Origin: a virus
Taxonomy: Duplodnaviria > Caudoviricetes
Strand: one strand, 5' to 3'
Virus record (IMG/VR): IMGVR_UViG_3300049144_000035
Location: 1 to 46,654 of that record
Length of the DNA: 46,654 bases
This document shows, piece after piece, positions 33,805 through 41,660 of this stretch. Position numbers and translations under genes: made by a program. Every line of letters starts with the position of its first letter. Position 1 is the stretch's first letter. The notes under the pieces were generated by a model. That model saw only the letters and a list, made by a program, of their open reading frames with translations. It did not search any database and was not told the origin of the DNA.

Positions 33805-34838
33805 CCGGTCGGTACGGTGCGGTCCTGGAAACGGCCGGCGGCCACGGCGAGACGGGCGCGTTCCTCCACACTCTTCGGCAGGTCGGCGCCGACACGCAGG
33901 AGCTCACGGGCGGCCCGTATGCGGGCCGCTCCCGATTCGGTGGGCAGGGACCAGCCGCGGGCGATCGAGCGGCGCGCCTCACGGCGCAGCGCCTCCGGCA
34001 TCGAGATGACGCCCTGCTGCGCCCACGACTCGTCCCACGCCGTCACACGGCACCGGCAATTCGGATGCAGCGGCGGCGCATCGAGGGCTTCGCCGCGGCC
34101 ACGCTGGTTGGGATCCCACGACAGGCCGGCCGGGAACGTGGCGTCGGCGGCGACGACGAGTCCGGCGTAGGCGGCGCAGTTGACGCAGGCGTCCCGCTCG
34201 GCGATCCACACCTTTCGGGCGCCGGTGTAGTCGATGGCGGCCTGGGTGGCTTCGTTGACGGCCTCGCCGACGACGGTGGTGATGTGGGTGCGAACAGTGG
34301 TGGTGGCGCTGCGTGCGACACCGATACCGGCCTGGGCGTCGCTCCAGCGGCGGACGCGGTTCGGCCGGAGCATGGCGAGGGCCCGGTCGCGGCGGTCGGC
34401 CACCGCGTCGCTGAGGGCGGATACGCGTTCACGCAGGCGACGAGAGGGGCGCGTCGACACGGGCCGCCGGTTCCGTCCTGTGGCTTCGTCGAGGAACGCG
34501 GCGTGCTGGCTGGCGCCGAGCCGAACGGCTTCGTGGAGCGCGTCGCTGAGGGCCTGCTCGGCGCGGGGTGCGAGCGGGTGGAGGAGGCGGCGGATCGCCG
34601 CCCGGATCGCGCCGAGGATACGTCGGAGCGCGCTAGGGCTGGAGGCCTCCGCCTGGACGTCACCGAATGCGGCGACCCAGGCGGTGATCGACCGCTGGGC
34701 CAGCACGTCGAAGCGGGCGTCGAGGCGACCCAGGGCCCGTGCGGCGATGCGGTCCTCGAGGGCGCGCACTTCGTCGGTCTGCTCGCCTTGGATGAGGCGG
34801 GCGAGTTCCTCTCCGCGATCGGGGCGGGGGGCCATCAT
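33798..34838 (-). CDS. MuF-like (SPP1 gp7-like) minor head protein
   Basis: KVWIAERDACVNC...PPLHPNCRC. Confidence 0.88.
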   Translation of the reverse strand: MMAPRPDRGEELARLIQGEQTDEVRALEDRIAARALGRLDARFDVLAQRSITAWVAAFGDVQAEASSPSALRRILGAIRAAIRRLLHPLAPRAEQALSDALHEAVRLGASQHAAFLDEATGRNRRPVSTRPSRRLRERVSALSDAVADRRDRALAMLRPNRVRRWSDAQAGIGVARSATTTVRTHITTVVGEAVNEATQAAIDYTGARKVWIAERDACVNCAAYAGLVVAADATFPAGLSWDPNQRGRGEALDAPPLHPNCRCRVTAWDESWAQQGVISMPEALRREARRSIARGWSLPTESGAARIRAARELLRVGADLPKSVEERARLAVAAGRFQDRTVPTGP

Positions 34839-36355
34839 GCTGTGGCCTGCGCTTCGGCGAGGAGCTCCATGTCGGACAGGGCCCCGTTGAGGAGCTGCTG
34901 CGCCTGCTCGCTGGTGACCACACCCAGGGCGGTGGCGGCGCCAAGCTTTTGAGCGGAGTCGGCGAGGCTGGCGAGGATGGCGGTGCGACGCTGCAGCTCC
35001 GCGTCGTCCACGCCAGCAAGCCATTTGTCGACCTGCTCGGCTCGGTATCCGGCCTCCATGAGGGCTTGCCTGCGCGGCACCCCGGCGTCGATCTTCGCCT
35101 TGACGGTCTGCCAGCCCTGCGTGTCCGTCACGCTCTTGGCGGGCACCCAGTCCACGTTGACAACCGGATCGACCACGCCGAAGCGGCGCAGTGCGAACAC
35201 GAACGCCTCGTGCAGGGTCGCCCCGTAGGAGGTCTGCCGGTTCTCGACTTTGCTGATGAACGGGCCGTCTTCCTCGCGGTACGACTCGCCTGAGCGCTGG
35301 TTGGACTGCGGGTCGAACATGCGCAGCGGCGTGTCCGTGATCTGCGCCATCGCCCGCACGTTGAACTGGATCGGGTCGAGGAACACGTCCGGCTTGGCCG
35401 CATCGAACTGGCCCACGCCCTTGAATCCGCGTAGCAGCCACAGTTCGCCTGGCCCGGCCTTGAGGCTGCTGTCGTCGCCGGAGTCGGTGGGGCCAGCGCC
35501 CGCATCGTTGGCGGGGAAGTCGTCGAAATCCCCGGGCTCGAGGTCGGAGGTGTCGGTGGTGGCGTTCTCGGTGAGCGCGTACCGCTGGGGCGCACCCTGG
35601 TAGTCGACGGTGCCCATGTGGGTGGCTTGCAGTTTGGTGATGGCGTTCTGCGGGCCGTAGGCGCCGTAGTGCTCGGGCACTCCGTAGGGGCGGTCGGTGC
35701 GGAAGTGGAAGACCGGCTGTTCGTTCCAGTCGTGTTCTTGCAGCCACGACTCGGGGTCGTCGTCTTCGGCGGGCCAGTGCACCCAGTCGCCGGGCTTGGT
35801 GCCGTCGGAGTCCTTTGCGGTGGTCCAGCGTTCGATGCGGTCGTCGTAGTAGAGCTCGGCGCGGTGTCGGCCGCCCTCACACCATTTTTTGATCGTGTAC
35901 GCCTTGCGACGCGGGTTGTCCTCGCTGTAGATCACGCGCACGGTCTGCGGCGAGTTGTAGAACATGTCGACGCGCACGACGGTGCCGCCGTCGTCTTCGA
36001 CGGGCAGCACGAACAGGTAGGCGTCGCCGTACTCGCCGGCCCGGCGCATGAGGTCTGGCATCTCAAGGTTGAGCTGGTTGTCTTGCCAGATCTGCGAGAT
36101 GAGCGTGTTGATGGCGTCGTCGGGGCTGGTGACCGATGCGATCTTGAGCCGGTTGGTGACGGCGTTGACGGGGGTTTTGGCGAAGTTGAGGTCGAAGTCG
36201 ATGTCGTTCACAGCGAGGGCGCGCCGGATGCGGGTCGAGCTGAAGACCTCGGGGACCTTGCCGTCGTAGTAGGCCTCGGCCTGGTCGTAGCGCGGGCGGG
36301 CGGCCTTTAGCTCTTCGATGCCGTACATGAGGTCGTCGAGCGACTCGTCATCCAA
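34835..36355 (-). CDS. Portal protein (SPP1 gp6-like)
   Basis: YYDGK, NFAKTPVNAVTNRL, YGDAY, SGES; TTG start with GGAGG RBS. Confidence 0.92.
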   Translation of the reverse strand: MDDESLDDLMYGIEELKAARPRYDQAEAYYDGKVPEVFSSTRIRRALAVNDIDFDLNFAKTPVNAVTNRLKIASVTSPDDAINTLISQIWQDNQLNLEMPDLMRRAGEYGDAYLFVLPVEDDGGTVVRVDMFYNSPQTVRVIYSEDNPRRKAYTIKKWCEGGRHRAELYYDDRIERWTTAKDSDGTKPGDWVHWPAEDDDPESWLQEHDWNEQPVFHFRTDRPYGVPEHYGAYGPQNAITKLQATHMGTVDYQGAPQRYALTENATTDTSDLEPGDFDDFPANDAGAGPTDSGDDSSLKAGPGELWLLRGFKGVGQFDAAKPDVFLDPIQFNVRAMAQITDTPLRMFDPQSNQRSGESYREEDGPFISKVENRQTSYGATLHEAFVFALRRFGVVDPVVNVDWVPAKSVTDTQGWQTVKAKIDAGVPRRQALMEAGYRAEQVDKWLAGVDDAELQRRTAILASLADSAQKLGAATALGVVTSEQAQQLLNGALSDMELLAEAQATA

Positions 36356-36372
36356 TGCGGCCCTCCCTCGTC

Positions 36373-36418
36373 AAGGCAAGCATACGCAGTCACCTTCGAA
36401 TCAAAGGTAGCTTGCCTT
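36373..36418. promoter_or_regulatory. 17-bp late motif nested in an inverted repeat ahead of the portal gene
   Basis: ACCTTCGAATCAAAGGT (36392-36408) flanked by AAGGCAAGC / GCTTGCCTT. Confidence 0.65.
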
Positions 36419-37948
36419 TGTGGCCTTTGATACTTCCCTTGGCTTGTTGGGGATGAAGCGCCGCACCGCCGACCCCACCGCATCCACCAAGTCGTCATGC
36501 GGCGCCTTCGGGAACGCGCACATCTGCTGCTCCACCTCAACCAGCCGCCGAGCATGGATCACCCGGCCACGCTGGTAGTGATGCAGAACCCCCTCGGCGC
36601 GGACGAACTTGTTCTCCGTCTGCGACACCGGCTTCACCTTCACCGGCATGTCGTGCAGGATCGCCTGCCACGTGTCCTGCCCCTGGTTCACCTCGATCAG
36701 GATCAGACCGATCTCCGGGAACTCATCGAGCATCGCCAACACCCGCTCCCGCAGCAGCGGGCCAGGCTGGACCTTGAGGGCGACGGCCGCGTGCACTGTG
36801 CAACGCCGATGCTGCGCCGACCACGACACCACCGCCATCGCCGTGAAGTCGGAGCCCTTCTTCGCCGTAACCGCAGGGTCGATCGACAGCATCATGTGCG
36901 TCACCGGGTCCACGCCCTCATCGCCCGGGTAGCGGAAGTCATCCGGCGTCCACAGTTCGCCGTCCGCACCCATCGGATCGTTGGCGTAGTTCTTCGCGAA
37001 CGACCGGGTGTGCTCGATCGACTTGAGATAGGACAGCGGCCACTTCGCCGGCCACACGCTGCGCTCCGTGCCGTCGTCCCGCTTGATGATCGGCGGGGTG
37101 TGGTGGGCGTCGAATCCTTCTTCGCTGATCCACTCGGCGGTCTCGACACCCAGCGCATGCTTGGACAGTTGGTGGACGATGCTGCCCGGCATGGTGACGG
37201 TGCCCGATATGACGACGCGGGCGTACACGTTCAGCGGGAGGATCGCGTCGATGAGGGTGGTGCGCCGTTTGCGTGCCAGTTCGAGGCTGTAGCTGCTTTC
37301 ATCCGGTTCGATGTCGTCGGCCAAGATCAGGTCGGGTCGGACTTCACCCACCTTCATGCCGAGATTCGAGCTATCGATCCCTCGGGCGGCGAACACAAAC
37401 TCGCTCCGGGCAATCAGCATGGATTGGGTGTCTGCGACGTTCGCGCCGGACGGCCTCTTCGCCGGCGTGCACAGGTCAGGAAAGTCGCGGCGCAGCAGCT
37501 CGTTGGTGTCCAGCTCCCTCTTGAATGTGGCGAGGTGCGTCTCGGCCTGCGTGGCGGAGGCGGCGAACGCGGCGGCGAACTTGACGTGCCCGTGCGCGGC
37601 AGCCCACATCGGCAGGATCAGAAACCACCACGTCGACTTGCCCATGCTGCGGGGGGCGATATAGGCGTCACGGCGCTCGGCCGGCGCGGTTGGCGGGCGT
37701 ACCCACTTGCGTGCGGCGCGGCACCAGTCGAGGTGGGCATCGCCGAAGGTGATGTGGCCTTCGCTGTCGCGGAGATGGTGACGCAGGTAGGTGAGGCCGA
37801 ACAGGAGCGGGTCGAGGCGTGTGAGGGTTCTGCGGCCGTCAGGGTCGGCGAGGAGCCGGCCGTCGAACTGGGCGAGGTAGGCCGCCAGGTCGAACGTCTC
37901 GGCGTCCAGGCCGTCGAGGTAGCCGGGCGCGCGGACCGCGGTCGCCAT
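36401..37948 (-). CDS. terL: Terminase large subunit
   Basis: Walker A APRSMGKST, Walker B LILADDIE, nuclease SIDPA...SDFTA...HDDLVDA. Confidence 0.95.
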   Translation of the reverse strand: MATAVRAPGYLDGLDAETFDLAAYLAQFDGRLLADPDGRRTLTRLDPLLFGLTYLRHHLRDSEGHITFGDAHLDWCRAARKWVRPPTAPAERRDAYIAPRSMGKSTWWFLILPMWAAAHGHVKFAAAFAASATQAETHLATFKRELDTNELLRRDFPDLCTPAKRPSGANVADTQSMLIARSEFVFAARGIDSSNLGMKVGEVRPDLILADDIEPDESSYSLELARKRRTTLIDAILPLNVYARVVISGTVTMPGSIVHQLSKHALGVETAEWISEEGFDAHHTPPIIKRDDGTERSVWPAKWPLSYLKSIEHTRSFAKNYANDPMGADGELWTPDDFRYPGDEGVDPVTHMMLSIDPAVTAKKGSDFTAMAVVSWSAQHRRCTVHAAVALKVQPGPLLRERVLAMLDEFPEIGLILIEVNQGQDTWQAILHDMPVKVKPVSQTENKFVRAEGVLHHYQRGRVIHARRLVEVEQQMCAFPKAPHDDLVDAVGSAVRRFIPNKPREVSKATKASYL

Positions 37949-38568
37949 CAGCCCTCAGCGCTGCCGTCGACGATCTGCTGCTCTTCCAGCCGCACCTTGG
38001 CCTTAGCGTCGCGGATCATCTCTTGCAGCTCGATGTCCTGCTGCGTGGTCTCCGTGACGGTGTGGTCGACCTTGGCGGGCATGTCGAGGCCGAGGAGGCG
38101 GCGGATGGATTCGCTGGTCCTGCGGCGGGATTCTTCGATGCGGTTGAGCCGGTCGACGGCCTGGAGGACGAACGTGTCGTCTTCGACGGGTTCTTCCTCG
38201 CCGGTCTCCGGGTTCTCAACTCGGATGACGCGCCCGTTGTTGACGGTGATGTGCTTGCGGCCCATGACTCGCTGGACGGATTCCTCCATGTTGTGGAGGC
38301 GTTCCAGGGTGGCTTCGAGGCGGGCGAGTTCGAGGGTGCGGTACTCGTCGACTTTGGGGTCGACGCGCCGGCCGGTCTCTTCACGAATGAGGTCGCGGAC
38401 GGTAGATGCGGGGACGCGGACGCCACCAGTGGGCCCGTCAGGGTGCTGGGTGATCTGATCGATGCTGTAGTTGGAGAGGCCCTGCGCCTTGAGGTCGAAG
38501 ATGATCTCCGCCAAGGCGGCTCGTTCGGCGGGGTTGCGCCGGTTGTACGGGACGGGGCCACCAGCCAT
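37948..38568 (-). CDS. Terminase small subunit (putative)
   Basis: N-terminal HTH-like region, RRLLGLDMP motif, TGATG-coupled to terL. Confidence 0.78.
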   Translation of the reverse strand: MAGGPVPYNRRNPAERAALAEIIFDLKAQGLSNYSIDQITQHPDGPTGGVRVPASTVRDLIREETGRRVDPKVDEYRTLELARLEATLERLHNMEESVQRVMGRKHITVNNGRVIRVENPETGEEEPVEDDTFVLQAVDRLNRIEESRRRTSESIRRLLGLDMPAKVDHTVTETTQQDIELQEMIRDAKAKVRLEEQQIVDGSAEG

Positions 38569-38616
38569 ACCTCACCCTCCCCGGCGCCATCAGATTCTTA
38601 CCGTCACGCCATTCTC

Positions 38617-38633
38617 ACCTTCGAATCGTAGGA
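38617..38633. promoter_or_regulatory. 17-bp late motif upstream of the terminase small subunit
   Basis: ACCTTCGAATCGTAGGA, abutting a minus-strand GAGAAT -10-like hexamer. Confidence 0.7.
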
Positions 38634-38715
38634 CATTGGCGTCCAATAGTCGCCCACTCCCCTACCGAACCCCCTACCGCAGGCGCACCATGGAAGGGCG
38701 GAAGGGAGTAGACCC

Positions 38716-38946
38716 GTGGCCAAGTCGCCCAAGATGACCGCCAAGAAGCGCAAGAGCCTCCCCAAGTCCTCATTCGGCGCGCCCTCCAAACGGAAGTACC
38801 CCCTCGACACGAAAGGTAGGGCCCGCAACGCCCTCGCCCGCGTAGCGCAGCACGGCACCAGCAGCGAGAAGGCGCAGGTGCGGAAGGCCGTGAAACGCAA
38901 GTACCCGTCGATCGCGTCCGGCGGGCAGAAGAAGGGGAAGCGCTGA
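38716..38946 (+). CDS. Small very basic protein (DUF6582-like)
   Basis: GGAG RBS; RKSLPKSSFG...RKYPLDTKGRARNALARV. Confidence 0.75.
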   Translation: MAKSPKMTAKKRKSLPKSSFGAPSKRKYPLDTKGRARNALARVAQHGTSSEKAQVRKAVKRKYPSIASGGQKKGKR

Positions 38947-39134
38947 TGGTCTCGGACAGGGGCGGACGCTGGGGCTTCGTCTACCGCAGCAGGCACGCCG
39001 CATACCGTGCGCTGCGACGGAAGGGCGCGAGCAAGGAGAAGGCTGCCCGCATCGCCAACGGAGGGCGCGTATTCCCGCAGCGTTCCCGCATGGCCCGCAA
39101 AGGCTGGCGAACACGACGAGCGCGCGGCAGGTGA
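38946..39134 (+). CDS. Small Arg/Lys-rich protein
   Basis: TGATG-coupled; YRALRRKGASKEKAARIAN. Confidence 0.7.
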   Translation: MVSDRGGRWGFVYRSRHAAYRALRRKGASKEKAARIANGGRVFPQRSRMARKGWRTRRARGR

Positions 39135-39194
39135 TCGGGCCGAGGACTGCGCATGATTGCGGCCCCGAAACAACCGACGGGGCCGCAATACGAG

Positions 39195-39602
39195 TCAGTA
39201 CTCTCCCGAGGATCGCAACTCCTCCAGCACCGCATCCAGATTCTCCGGGCAGTACGCCTTCACTCCGGCGACGAGCAACGCGTTCGCGTCCGACTTCACC
39301 ATCCCCCAGTTCTCGCCCACCGGGTACAGGCCACCGCCACCCGTGAAGTCGAACAGCCAGGCCACACTGTGTCCGGCGTCCAGCCCGTCGCACCACTTCG
39401 GCGGGAACGCCAGGAGTTCATCGTTCGACGGGCGCATCGTGGTGAAGGGCAGGCCCTGGGATGCGGTGATGAACTGGCCAGCCTTGTCCACGCTCGGGCT
39501 TGGGCTCGGCTTGGCAGCCGACTTGGCGGCGTCGGTGTTGCCTCCGCAGCCCGCGAGCGTAAGGCAGACAGCAACAAGTACGGCGGTGGCGGTGCGGCGC
39601 AT
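39195..39602 (-). CDS. Putative lipoprotein
   Basis: Lipobox LAGC, PS linker, WC...AYCP disulfide-like pair. Confidence 0.78.
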   Translation of the reverse strand: MRRTATAVLVAVCLTLAGCGGNTDAAKSAAKPSPSPSVDKAGQFITASQGLPFTTMRPSNDELLAFPPKWCDGLDAGHSVAWLFDFTGGGGLYPVGENWGMVKSDANALLVAGVKAYCPENLDAVLEELRSSGEY

Positions 39603-39740
39603 GGGTCCCCCCGAGTAGCGGATGTGCAGGACCGCATCATGCGTGCGCATGGAGGTGGAGTGAAGGGCTCGTGTTGCAACCGTGACTCGGATTCACCCGG
39701 ACTATCAACAGTCGTCCATTGGTAACGGCACACTGCCGTC

Positions 39741-39938
39741 ATGGATGACGTGATGTACATGGTGCGCGGGGCCACGAGGGCGGTGTGCCAGCGGGAGTTG
39801 GATCGTATCTGCCGGCTGCTGGGTGCTCGGCCGACACTGCCGCCGACGGACGGCACCGGGCGAGGGTGGATCGCGCGTGCCGTGCCAATGAGGAAGGCCC
39901 CGACCAATGATGGTCGGGGCCCTAGCGTATCTCGCTGA
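39741..39938 (+). CDS. Small hypothetical protein
   Basis: 65-aa ORF (VRGATRAVCQRELDRIC...GRGWIARA). Confidence 0.55.
   Translation: MDDVMYMVRGATRAVCQRELDRICRLLGARPTLPPTDGTGRGWIARAVPMRKAPTNDGRGPSVSR
39896..39921 (-). terminator. Terminator closing the transfer operon
   Basis: GGCCCCGACCA / TGGTCGGGGCC 11-bp stem, 4-nt loop, pyrimidine tail on the minus strand. Confidence 0.7.
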
Positions 39939-40181
39939 TCAGGTCCTGGCGGCTTCGACCACTTCGATCGGGACGCTCCACCCGCAGTGCTTCATCGCCC
40001 CTTCGAGCGCGGCCTGCGCCCCACTGTCCCGCCACGCCGCCTCAATATCGGCCCGGGCGAAGCTCAGCCACAGCGTGCCGCCGTGGACGGTGGGGGTGGC
40101 GTGGGCGAGGAGCATGCCCGCCGCCTGACGACGCAGGGACGTCGCGGCCAGGATCTGCGGCCACCAGAACGGTTCGGTCAT
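39939..40181 (-). CDS. Hypothetical protein
   Basis: AAGGA RBS; 80 aa; last gene of the tra operon. Confidence 0.65.
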   Translation of the reverse strand: MTEPFWWPQILAATSLRRQAAGMLLAHATPTVHGGTLWLSFARADIEAAWRDSGAQAALEGAMKHCGWSVPIEVVEAART

Positions 40182-40192
40182 AGCGGGTCCTT

Positions 40193-40705
40193 TCACTGGT
40201 TTCGGGAGTGGGCGAGTGCGGCGGCCCGGTCGAGGTAGAGCAGTGCGAGTCGGGGGCCGCGCTGGCTGTCGTTCCAGGAGGGGATGGTCTCGGCGTCGGC
40301 GAAGTCCCGCTGGATGGTTTCGAGGAGGATCGCGCAGGCGTCGTCGGCTTGGCCGCGGGTGGGGGCTTCGGCCCGGATGGTGCCGATGAGGCAGGCGGCC
40401 CCCTGCTCATCGCGCAGTTGCCCGGTGCACCATCCGCCGGTCTCCAGCCGAACTCGCGCCCGGTGGAGGGTGTCCGCGAGCGGGGTGGCGTAGGGGCTGA
40501 CGGCCGGCCCGGGCGGGAGAAGCGGCGGGGCGACGACCGCGGGGATGGGGTCGGCGGCGGGGATGTGCGCGGTGTCGACTTCGAACGCGACGTTGGCGAG
40601 GGTGAGTCGTTCATCCATGAGGGCGCCCACCAGGGCGAGCCGCGCGTCCAGGTCGAGTTCGGCCGGGACCGCGGTCTCGACCCGCGTGGTGGGCGCGGTG
40701 GTCAT
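40193..40705 (-). CDS. DUF6197-like hypothetical protein
   Basis: GWCTG...CLIGTIR...IPSWND motif; ATGA overlap. Confidence 0.7.
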   Translation of the reverse strand: MTTAPTTRVETAVPAELDLDARLALVGALMDERLTLANVAFEVDTAHIPAADPIPAVVAPPLLPPGPAVSPYATPLADTLHRARVRLETGGWCTGQLRDEQGAACLIGTIRAEAPTRGQADDACAILLETIQRDFADAETIPSWNDSQRGPRLALLYLDRAAALAHSRNQ

Positions 40706-41451
40706 GCTGCCTGCTTCTGCGCTTTGCCGCTGCCCTGGCATTCGGGGCAGACGGTGAGGATCTGCTGGTTGCCGAAGGCGGCGTGGATCTTGGCGTTTCC
40801 GGCGCACATCCAGCACAGGCCCTTGGTGATGGCCTTGCCGGGGCTCATGGACTTGTTCTGCTTGATCCACTGTTCGTCGGTCATGCCGGAGTCGGTGACC
40901 ACCTTGGAAGGCACGGGGGTCTTCGCGGCCGGCTGGGTGGCGGCTTCGTTGGCCTGGGCGTACCAGGCGCCGCCGACGGTCTTGCCGCCGTGCTTCTGAC
41001 GCTCGTGGGTGCGCAGCGCCTTGGTGGCCTCCTTCGCGTCCCGGTAGCGGGGCTTCTCCTTCTTGCCGCAGGGGCAGGCCCAGCCGACGAGGCCGGTGTT
41101 CTTGTCGGCGCCGAACCGGGACGCCTTGTAGACGGCCCACTTGGACACCTTCTGCGCGGTGGGCTTGGCCGGGCAGGGCTTGGAGCCGGTGAAGTTGCCG
41201 TCCTTGCCCTTGGTGAAGATCTGCCCGTTGCCCTTGCAGGTGGGGCAGCCCTGGTGGGTGGCGCGGAGGATGGCGGCGTCCTTGCGAGAGCGGACGGTGT
41301 CGCCGTGGGTGTCGAGGTGCGCGGCGACGTGCAGCATGAGTTTCCCGGCGAGCCGGGCGTGCACGGGGCCACCCTTGGGGATCTTGACGCGCTTAGCGGG
41401 GTGCTTGCGCGCGGCGGGCTTGCGGCGGGCCGGCTGACGCTTCGCGGGCAT
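40702..41451 (-). CDS. Basic zinc-finger protein (DnaJ-type CxxCxGxG repeats)
   Basis: CPTCKGNG, CPCG, CWMCAGNA, CPECQGSG; GAGGAG RBS. Confidence 0.78.
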   Translation of the reverse strand: MPAKRQPARRKPAARKHPAKRVKIPKGGPVHARLAGKLMLHVAAHLDTHGDTVRSRKDAAILRATHQGCPTCKGNGQIFTKGKDGNFTGSKPCPAKPTAQKVSKWAVYKASRFGADKNTGLVGWACPCGKKEKPRYRDAKEATKALRTHERQKHGGKTVGGAWYAQANEAATQPAAKTPVPSKVVTDSGMTDEQWIKQNKSMSPGKAITKGLCWMCAGNAKIHAAFGNQQILTVCPECQGSGKAQKQAA

Positions 41452-41498
41452 GATCAGGGCTCCTCAGGACGACAGGTCGGTTTGTAATAGTTTGTGAA

Positions 41499-41651
41499 GT
41501 GCTCGGCGGGTGCTCGCGGGTGCTCCGCTGCTGGTCAGAGCCGCTCAGGGCGGTGCTCGCGAGGTGCTCGGGATCTTGGCGAGCAGTTGGCCGAGCAGTA
41601 GGTTGAGCGGCTCTGACCTGCGGTCGAGCAGCGGCGAGCACCTCGCGAGCA
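41499..41651. repeat. clt-like repeat array downstream of traB
   Basis: Five GTGCTC copies then five CGAGCA copies; perfect 15-bp and 17-bp inverted repeats. Confidence 0.75.
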
Positions 41652-41660
41652 GTGGACTTA

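Noticed and set aside
20932-38458. Long plus-strand ORFs opposite structural genes (e.g. 20932-22194, 24567-26693, 36497-38458)
   Set aside because: Antisense shadow ORFs expected in high-GC DNA; no motifs, and they fully overlap well-supported genes
41499-41651. Repeat array as a CRISPR or replication iterons
   Set aside because: Units are only 6-8 bp with no unique 30-40 bp spacers, no cas or rep gene is adjacent, and the position next to traB fits clt
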